From contig OX597826.1 in assembly GCA_951406725.2 (NCBI GenBank), positions 54,188,001 through 54,252,000 on the forward strand: 64,000 bases of DNA, given 5' to 3'. The first letter of the stretch is position 1, and each line of letters starts with the position of its first letter. A model generated the notes under the pieces. That model was not told the DNA's origin. It searched no databases and worked only from the letters and a program-made list of their open reading frames with translations. Positions 53,571-64,000 of the stretch are shown here, piece after piece. The translations under genes were made by a program, and so were the position numbers. Origin of the DNA: Octopus vulgaris. Taxonomy: Eukaryota.

Positions 53571-54012
53571 TGATTGATTTCGATTTTGATTTGATTTTTT
53601 GATTTGTATGTAATTGTTTAAACCTCTGAGCCATTTCACAACACGTGTTAATGATGATGAAGTTGATAAATTATCTGTAAAGAATGAATCATTATTTTAA
53701 AGAAAATCTTCTTTTAATACAATAACAACTAGAAGAATACTAAGAGAATAAAAGAAACCAAAAACATTGATAAAATGTGTGTTTGCCTGTCTCTCTCCAT
53801 ACACACACATACACACACACACGCACACACATGTATATATGCATGTATTTATATATATGTATATATATATTCTTTCATTATTTTATTCTTTTATTTGTTC
53901 TGCCATGCTGGAGCACTGCCGTTTTAGTTGAAGAAATTGACCCCTAGACTTATTTTTTCTAAGCCTGGTACTTACTCTATCGGTCTCTTTTGCTGTTACA
54001 TTATGTATTTTG

Positions 54013-54064
<52 letters not shown>

Positions 54065-54408
54065 TGTGTGTGTGTGTGTGTATGTGCATATATATATACA
54101 TATATACATACATATATAGATACACACACATGCACACACACACACACACACACACACACAGATATTTATATATATATATATCCAGATATTTTTTTCAAAT
54201 ATATATATATATATATATATATACATAATTTTTTTCAAGTATGAACATTTAATAATTAAGAAATATGTAATTACCAGCATTTCTTTAAGATTCAAACAAT
54301 ATATAACAAATTTTTTTTGTATTCTTTGAGAATTTGAAAATGAAAATGAATAAGTGAATAACAAAAAGAAACATTGACAATAACAACAAGTAACTAATCA
54401 CTAATTTG

Positions 54409-54444
<36 letters not shown>

Positions 54445-54452
54445 GCATATAT

Positions 54453-54494
<42 letters not shown>

Positions 54495-55107
54495 TGTATA
54501 TATATGTATATGTATATATGAATATATATATATACATGTGTTTATGTGTGTATATATATATATATATACATACATACATACATACACACACATGCACACA
54601 TCCACACCTGCACACACATATTGTTTGTTTGTCATAAATAATACATGAAATTAAATCAGTGTTCTATGAAACTGGTGAAAAAAATATAGATAAAGCTCAG
54701 AGATTTTATTTGTCATAAAGGTCGTTACAGCGGACGAAAATTACAAAATTACAAAATTACAAAATTACAAGAAAAATGAAAAAAATGAAGGAAAAGTGAA
54801 AGAAAATGAGAAGACAAGAGGAGTGAATGAGAATAAATGAAGAAGAAGAATAGAGAATGGAGATAGTGTTAAGTGGGGGGGGATTGAGAAATATTATTAT
54901 AAAAAAAAGAGGCAAATACTATCATCCAGAGGATAGCGGGCAGTGTGTGTGTGTGTGGGGGGGAGATGATGAAAATGAATAACTAAAAAAATGTCATTTC
55001 TATATGGTTATTGGTTATACACTAATACATACACTCATACATACACATACTTGCACATATCCCCCACCAATACCTGTGTAATTAATTGTGTGTATGTGTG
55101 TGTAACA

Positions 55108-55180
<73 letters not shown>

Positions 55181-55609
55181 GTCTGTCTATCTATATAAGC
55201 ACAAGAGTGGCTGTGTGGTAAGAAGCTTGCTTCCCAACAACATGGTCCTGAGTTCAGTCCTACTGCATGGCACCTTGGGCAAGTGTCTTCTAAAATAATA
55301 AAATAACCTTGTGATTGGATTTGGCAGACGGAAACTTAAAGAAACCCATCATAAATATATATATATATATATATACCGGAGTAAACACATAAATGTGAAA
55401 CAAGGTGGAAAAAAGAGTACTCAAATACCAGTGGTAGAGTAATATGCTTTATTTTAAGCAGCAGAAAATAACAAAATATATATATATATATATATCACCG
55501 TGACTGACTGCTGCTAGACTATCAAATGTTGCTACACATCGCTGGTCACAATGCGCTTCGCATTGTTTTAGCCTTCAAATGACACCACCTCGCTGGCTAA
55601 ACGAGCAGG

Positions 55610-55717
<108 letters not shown>

Positions 55718-56122
55718 TGTGTGTCTGTGTGTTTGTGTGTCTGTGTTTGTCTCCCCATCACCACTTGACAACCTGTAACTTAGCGGTTCAGCAAAAGAGA
55801 CTGATAAATTAAGTATCAGGCTTAAGAAATAAGTTCTTGGGTCGAGTCATTTGGTCAGTCCAAGGCTATAGCAGATGACACTTGTTCAAGGTGCCACGCA
55901 GTGAGACTGAACCCGGAACCATGTGATTCGGAGGCAAGTTTCTTACCACACAGTCACACCTGTACCTATATATATATACATGTATATAGACACATACGTA
56001 CATATATTTCTCTCTCTATATATATATATATATATGTGTTTATATATAAATACATGTACATATATCTATATATCTCTATACCTGTGGGCACACACATAGT
56101 ATAATATACATGGGAATATACA

Positions 56123-59100
56123 CAGCCATTGGCGGTCTTTTTTCCTCCTCTTACCATTACGATTCTACAATTTAAATTCCCAATTCAACTTACTTACTTC
56201 TTCAATTTCAACTCCCGATCGATGTCCGCAGCAAGTTCTTAAAAATTTATCTTACTATTTCTATTCGTTGTTACTACGTTTATTCATACATTGTTACGAA
56301 AATTTAACCTTTTAAGGCTACTTTCAAGCCTTCGCCATAACTTGATTTATCTTTCTATCTCTCTCTCTACAAAATTTAACCTTAGGCTAGGCTACCTCAA
56401 GCCGTAATCCCATCTCTTCCCATCTTTCAGCCATTGGCGGTCTTTTTTCCTCCTCTTACCATTACGATTCTACAATTTAAATTCCCAATTCAACTTACTT
56501 ACTTCTTCAATTTCAACTCCCGATCGATGTCCGCAGCAAGTTCTTAAAAATTTATCTTACTATTTCTATTCGTTGTTACTACGTTTATTCATACATTGTT
56601 ACGAAAATTTAACCTTTTAAGGCTACTTTCAAGCCTTCGCCATAACTTGATTTATCTTTCTATCTCTCTCTCTACAAAATTTAACCTTAGGCTAGGCTAC
56701 CTCAAGCCGTAATCCCATCTCTTCCCATCTTTCAGCCATTGGCGGTCTTTTTTCCTCCTCTTACCATTACGATTCTACAATTTAAATTCCCAATTCAACT
56801 TACTTACTTCTTCAATTTCAACTCCCGATCGATGTCCGCAGCAAGTTCTTAAAAATTTATCTTACTATTTCTATTCGTTGTTACTACGTTTATTCATACA
56901 TTGTTACGAAAATTTAACCTTTTAAGGCTACTTTCAAGCCTTCGCCATAACTTGATTTATCTTTCTATCTCTCTCTCTACAAAATTTAACCTTAGGCTAG
57001 GCTACCTCAAGCCGTAATCCCATCTCTTCCCATCTTTCAGCCATTGGCGGTCTTTTTTCCTCCTCTTACCATTACGATTCTACAATTTAAATTCCCAATT
57101 CAACTTACTTACTTCTTCAATTTCAACTCCCGATCGATGTCCGCAGCAAGTTCTTAAAAATTTATCTTACTATTTCTATTCGTTGTTACTACGTTTATTC
57201 ATACATTGTTACGAAAATTTAACCTTTTAAGGCTACTTTCAAGCCTTCGCCATAACTTGATTTATCTTTCTATCTCTCTCTCTACAAAATTTAACCTTAG
57301 GCTAGGCTACCTCAAGCCGTAATCCCATCTCTTCCCATCTTTCAGCCATTGGCGGTCTTTTTTCCTCCTCTTACCATTACGATTCTACAATTTAAATTCC
57401 CAATTCAACTTACTTACTTCTTCAATTTCAACTCCCGATCGATGTCCGCAGCAAGTTCTTAAAAATTTATCTTACTATTTCTATTCGTTGTTACTACGTT
57501 TATTCATACATTGTTACGAAAATTTAACCTTTTAAGGCTACTTTCAAGCCTTCGCCATAACTTGATTTATCTTTCTATCTCTCTCTCTACAAAATTTAAC
57601 CTTAGGCTAGGCTACCTCAAGCCGTAATCCCATCTCTTCCCATCTTTCAGCCATTGGCGGTCTTTTTCCTCCTCTTACCATTACGATTCTACAATTTAAA
57701 TTCCCAATTCAACTTACTTACTTCTTCAATTTCAACTCCCGATCGATGTCCGCAGCAAGTTCTTAAAAATTTATCTTACTATTTCTATTCGTTGTTACTA
57801 CGTTTATTCATACATTGTTACGAAAATTTAACCTTTTAAGGCTACTTTCAAGCCTTCGCCATAACTTGATTTATCTTTCTATCTCTCTCTCTACAAAATT
57901 TAACCTTAGGCTAGGCTACCTCAAGCCGTAATCCCATCTCTTCCCATCTTTCAGCCATTGGCGGTCTTTTTTCCTCCTCTTACCATTACGATTCTACAAT
58001 TTAAATTCCCAATTCAACTTACTTACTTCTTCAATTTCAACTCCCGATCGATGTCCGCAGCAAGTTCTTAAAAATTTATCTTACTATTTCTATTCGTTGT
58101 TACTACGTTTATTCATACATTGTTACGAAAATTTAACCTTTTAAGGCTACTTTCAAGCCTTCGCCATAACTTGATTTATCTTTCTATCTCTCTCTCTCTA
58201 CAAAATTTAACCTTAGGCTAGGCTACCTCAAGCCGTAATCCCATCTCTTCCCATCTTTCAGCCATTGGCGGTCTTTTTTCCTCCTCTTACCATTACGATT
58301 CTACAATTTAAATTCCCAATTCAACTTACTTACTTCTTCAATTTCAACTCCCGATCGATGTCCGCAGCAAGTTCTTAAAAATTTATCTTACTATTTCTAT
58401 TCGTTGTTACTACGTTTATTCATACATTGTTACGAAAATTTAACCTTTTAAGGCTACTTTCAAGCCTTCGCCATAACTTGATTTATCTTTCTATCTCTCT
58501 CTCTACAAAATTTAACCTTAGGCTAGGCTACCTCAAGCCGTAATCCCATCTCTTCCCATCTTTCAGCCATTGGCGGTCTTTTTTCCTCCTCTTACCATTA
58601 CGATTCTACAATTTAAATTCCCAATTCAACTTACTTACTTCTTCAATTTCAACTCCCGATCGATGTCCGCAGCAAGTTCTTAAAAATTTATCTTACTATT
58701 TCTATTCGTTGTTACTACGTTTATTCATACATTGTTACGAAAATTTAACCTTTTAAGGCTACTTTCAAGCCTTCGCCATAACTTGATTTATCTTTCTATC
58801 TCTCTCTCTACAAAATTTAACCTTAGGCTAGGCTACCTCAAGCCGTAATCCCATCTCTTCCCATCTTTCAGCCATTGGCGGTCTTTTTTCCTCCTCTTAC
58901 CATTACGATTCTACAATTTAAATTCCCAATTCAACTTACTTACTTCTTCAATTTCAACTCCCGATCGATGTCCGCAGCAAGTTCTTAAAAATTTATCTTA
59001 CTATTTCTATTCGTTGTTACTACGTTTATTCATACATTGTTACGAAAATTTAACCTTTTAAGGCTACTTTCAAGCCTTCGCCATAACTTGATTTATCTTT

Positions 59101-62100
59101 CTATCTCTCTCTACAAAATTTAACCTTAGGCTAGGCTACCTCAAGCCGTAATCCCATCTCTTCCCATCTTTCAGCCATTGGCGGTCTTTTTTCCTCCTCT
59201 TACCATTACGATTCTACAATTTAAATTCCCAATTCAACTTACTTACTTCTTCAATTTCAACTCCCGATCGATGTCCGCAGCAAGTTCTTAAAAATTTATC
59301 TTACTATTTCTATTCGTTGTTACTACGTTTATTCATACATTGTTACGAAAATTTAACCTTTTAAGGCTACTTTCAAGCCTTCGCCATAACTTGATTTATC
59401 TTTCTATCTCTCTCTCTACAAAATTTAACCTTAGGCTAGGCTACCTCAAGCCGTAATCCCATCTCTTCCCATCTTTCAGCCATTGGCGGTCTTTTTTCCT
59501 CCTCTTACCATTACGATTCTACAATTTAAATTCCCAATTCAACTTACTTACTTCTTCAATTTCAACTCCCGATCGATGTCCGCAGCAAGTTCTTAAAAAT
59601 TTATCTTACTATTTCTATTCGTTGTTACTACGTTTATTCATACATTGTTACGAAAATTTAACCTTTTAAGGCTACTTTCAAGCCTTCGCCATAACTTGAT
59701 TTATCTTTCTATCTCTCTCTCTACAAAATTTAACCTTAGGCTAGGCTACCTCAAGCCGTAATCCCATCTCTTCCCATCTTTCAGCCATTGGCGGTCTTTT
59801 TTCCTCCTCTTACCATTACGATTCTACAATTTAAATTCCCAATTCAACTTACTTACTTCTTCAATTTCAACTCCCGATCGATGTCCGCAGCAAGTTCTTA
59901 AAAATTTATCTTACTATTTCTATTCGTTGTTACTACGTTTATTCATACATTGTTACGAAAATTTAACCTTTTAAGGCTACTTTCAAGCCTTCGCCATAAC
60001 TTGATTTATCTTTCTATCTCTCTCTCTACAAAATTTAACCTTAGGCTAGGCTACCTCAAGCCGTAATCCCATCTCTTCCCATCTTTCAGCCATTGGCGGT
60101 CTTTTTTCCTCCTCTTACCATTACGATTCTACAATTTAAATTCCCAATTCAACTTACTTACTTCTTCAATTTCAACTCCCGATCGATGTCCGCAGCAAGT
60201 TCTTAAAAATTTATCTTACTATTTCTATTCGTTGTTACTACGTTTATTCATACATTGTTACGAAAATTTAACCTTTTAAGGCTACTTTCAAGCCTTCGCC
60301 ATAACTTGATTTATCTTTCTATCTCTCTCTCTACAAAATTTAACCTTAGGCTAGGCTACCTCAAGCCGTAATCCCATCTCTTCCCATCTTTCAGCCATTG
60401 GCGGTCTTTTTTCCTCCTCTTACCATTACGATTCTACAATTTAAATTCCCAATTCAACTTACTTACTTCTTCAATTTCAACTCCCGATCGATGTCCGCAG
60501 CAAGTTCTTAAAAATTTATCTTACTATTTCTATTCGTTGTTACTACGTTTATTCATACATTGTTACGAAAATTTAACCTTTTAAGGCTACTTTCAAGCCT
60601 TCGCCATAACTTGATTTATCTTTCTATCTCTCTCTCTACAAAATTTAACCTTAGGCTAGGCTACCTCAAGCCGTAATCCCATCTCTTCCCATCTTTCAGC
60701 CATTGGCGGTCTTTTTTCCTCCTCTTACCATTACGATTCTACAATTTAAATTCCCAATTCAACTTACTTACTTCTTCAATTTCAACTCCCGATCGATGTC
60801 CGCAGCAAGTTCTTAAAAATTTATCTTACTATTTCTATTCGTTGTTACTACGTTTATTCATACATTGTTACGAAAATTTAACCTTTTAAGGCTACTTTCA
60901 AGCCTTCGCCATAACTTGATTTATCTTTCTATCTCTCTCTCTACAAAATTTAACCTTAGGCTAGGCTACCTCAAGCCGTAATCCCATCTCTTCCCATCTT
61001 TCAGCCATTGGCGGTCTTTTTTCCTCCTCTTACCATTACGATTCTACAATTTAAATTCCCAATTCAACTTACTTACTTCTTCAATTTCAACTCCCGATCG
61101 ATGTCCGCAGCAAGTTCTTAAAAATTTATCTTACTATTTCTATTCGTTGTTACTACGTTTATTCATACATTGTTACGAAAATTTAACCTTTTAAGGCTAC
61201 TTTCAAGCCTTCGCCATAACTTGATTTATCTTTCTATCTCTCTCTCTACAAAATTTAACCTTAGGCTAGGCTACCTCAAGCCGTAATCCCATCTCTTCCC
61301 ATCTTTCAGCCATTGGCGGTCTTTTTTCCTCCTCTTACCATTACGATTCTACAATTTAAATTCCCAATTCAACTTACTTACTTCTTCAATTTCAACTCCC
61401 GATCGATGTCCGCAGCAAGTTCTTAAAAATTTATCTTACTATTTCTATTCGTTGTTACTACGTTTATTCATACATTGTTACGAAAATTTAACCTTTTAAG
61501 GCTACTTTCAAGCCTTCGCCATAACTTGATTTATCTTTCTATCTCTCTCTCTCTACAAAATTTAACCTTAGGCTAGGCTACCTCAAGCCGTAATCCCATC
61601 TCTTCCCATCTTTCAGCCATTGGCGGTCTTTTTCCTCCTCTTACCATTACGATTCTACAATTTAAATTCCCAATTCAACTTACTTACTTCTTCAATTTCA
61701 ACTCCCGATCGATGTCCGCAGCAAGTTCTTAAAAATTTATCTTACTATTTCTATTCGTTGTTACTACGTTTATTCATACATTGTTACGAAAATTTAACCT
61801 TTTAAGGCTACTTTCAAGCCTTCGCCATAACTTGATTTATCTTTCTATCTCTCTCTACAAAATTTAACCTTAGGCTAGGCTACCTCAAGCCGTAATCCCA
61901 TCTCTTCCCATCTTTCAGCCATTGGCGGTCTTTTTTCCTCCTCTTACCATTACGATTCTACAATTTAAATTCCCAATTCAACTTACTTACTTCTTCAATT
62001 TCAACTCCCGATCGATGTCCGCAGCAAGTTCTTAAAAATTTATCTTACTATTTCTATTCGTTGTTACTACGTTTATTCATACATTGTTACGAAAATTTAA

Positions 62101-64000
62101 CCTTTTAAGGCTACTTTCAAGCCTTCGCCATAACTTGATTTATCTTTCTATCTCTCTCTCTACAAAATTTAACCTTAGGCTAGGCTACCTCAAGCCGTAA
62201 TCCCATCTCTTCCCATCTTTCAGCCATTGGCGGTCTTTTTTCCTCCTCTTACCATTACGATTCTACAATTTAAATTCCCAATTCAACTTACTTACTTCTT
62301 CAATTTCAACTCCCGATCGATGTCCGCAGCAAGTTCTTAAAAATGTATCTTACTATTTCTATTCGTTGTTACTACGTTTATTCATACATTGTTACGAAAA
62401 TTTAACCTTTTAAGGCTACTTTCAAGCCTTCGCCATAACTTGATTTATCTTTCTATCTCTCTCTCTACAAAATTTAACCTTAGGCTAGGCTACCTCAAGC
62501 CGTAATCCCATCTCTTCCCATCTTTCAGCCATTGGCGGTCTTTTTTCCTCCTCTTACCATTACGATTCTACAATTTAAATTCCCAATTCAACTTACTTAC
62601 TTCTTCAATTTCAACTCCCGATCGATGTCCGCAGCAAGTTCTTAAAAATTTATCTTACTATTTCTATTCGTTGTTACTACGTTTATTCATACATTGTTAC
62701 GAAAATTTAACCTTTTAAGGCTACTTTCAAGCCTTCGCCATAACTTGATTTATCTTTCTATCTCTCTCTCTACAAAATTTAACCTTAGGCTAGGCTACCT
62801 CAAGCCGTAATCCCATCTCTTCCCATCTTTCAGCCATTGGCGGTCTTTTTCCTCCTCTTACCATTACGATTCTACAATTTAAATTCCCAATTCAACTTAC
62901 TTACTTCTTCAATTTCAACTCCCGATCGATGTCCGCAGCAAGTTCTTAAAAATTTATCTTACTATTTCTATTCGTTGTTACTACGTTTATTCATACATTG
63001 TTACGAAAATTTAACCTTTTAAGGCTACTTTCAAGCCTTCGCCATAACTTGATTTATCTTTCTATCTCTCTCTCTACAAAATTTAACCTTAGGCTAGGCT
63101 ACCTCAAGCCGTAATCCCATCTCTTCCCATCTTTCAGCCATTGGCGGTCTTTTTTCCTCCTCTTACCATTACGATTCTACAATTTAAATTCCCAATTCAA
63201 CTTACTTACTTCTTCAATTTCAACTCCCGATCGATGTCCGCAGCAAGTTCTTAAAAATTTATCTTACTATTTCTATTCGTTGTTACTACGTTTATTCATA
63301 CATTGTTACGAAAATTTAACCTTTTAAGGCTACTTTCAAGCCTTCGCCATAACTTGATTTATCTTTCTATCTCTCTCTCTACAAAATTTAACCTTAGGCT
63401 AGGCTACCTCAAGCCGTAATCCCATCTCTTCCCATCTTTCAGCCATTGGCGGTCTTTTTTCCTCCTCTTACCATTACGATTCTACAATTTAAATTCCCAA
63501 TTCAACTTACTTACTTCTTCAATTTCAACTCCCGATCGATGTCCGCAGCAAGTTCTTAAAAATTTATCTTACTATTTCTATTCGTTGTTACTACGTTTAT
63601 TCATACATTGTTACGAAAATTTAACCTTTTAAGGCTACTTTCAAGCCTTCGCCATAACTTGATTTATCTTTCTATCTCTCTCTCTACAAAATTTAACCTT
63701 AGGCTAGGCTACCTCAAGCCGTAATCCCATCTCTTCCCATCTTTCAGCCATTGGCGGTCTTTTTTCCTCCTCTTACCATTACGATTCTACAATTTAAATT
63801 CCCAATTCAACTTACTTACTTCTTCAATTTCAACTCCCGATCGATGTCCGCAGCAAGTTCTTAAAAATTTATCTTACTATTTCTATTCGTTGTTACTACG
63901 TTTATTCATACATTGTTACGAAAATTTAACCTTTTAAGGCTACTTTCAAGCCTTCGCCATAACTTGATTTATCTTTCTATCTCTCTCTCTCTACAAAATT
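56123..64000. repeat. 305-bp satellite DNA array, about 26 units, open at window end
   Basis: cagccattggcgg recurs at 56123, 56428, 56733...; units nearly identical. Confidence 0.98.

Noticed and set aside
56341-56410. Satellite as a U7 snRNA or spliced-leader array
   Set aside because: Pyrimidine tract, AATTT and hairpin are only superficially similar; no proper Sm site context or recognisable snRNA promoter.
57654-63022. Three identical 61-aa ORFs
   Set aside because: They appear only in satellite units with a T6>T5 slip and start at TTG.

Overview
Eukaryotic, AT-rich DNA saturated with microsatellites; the SINE repertoire suggests Octopus or a related coleoid cephalopod (inference). Almost all ORFs in the supplied track are artefacts of simple repeats. 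Reading splice signals by eye gives one minus-strand gene with at least six short coding exons (42107 to 6224, phases all compatible) encoding a TMEM272-like membrane protein whose 3' end was not found. The introns and flanks hold four recurring SINE-like families, decayed RTE, CR1 and Dong/R4 LINE fragments, a maT/Tc1-mariner relic, MITEs, Penelope-like remnants, a 26-bp minisatellite (25.2-27.1 kb) and a very homogeneous 305-bp satellite from 56123 to the window end. Most notable: (1) minimal hammerhead ribozyme motifs, including a tandem pair 361 nt apart with a U3-A8 core; (2) a pre-tRNA-Lys/SINE chimera inside one 15-bp target-site duplication; (3) a coding exon in the loop of a large inverted repeat. 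All calls are by eye; repeat boundaries are approximate.
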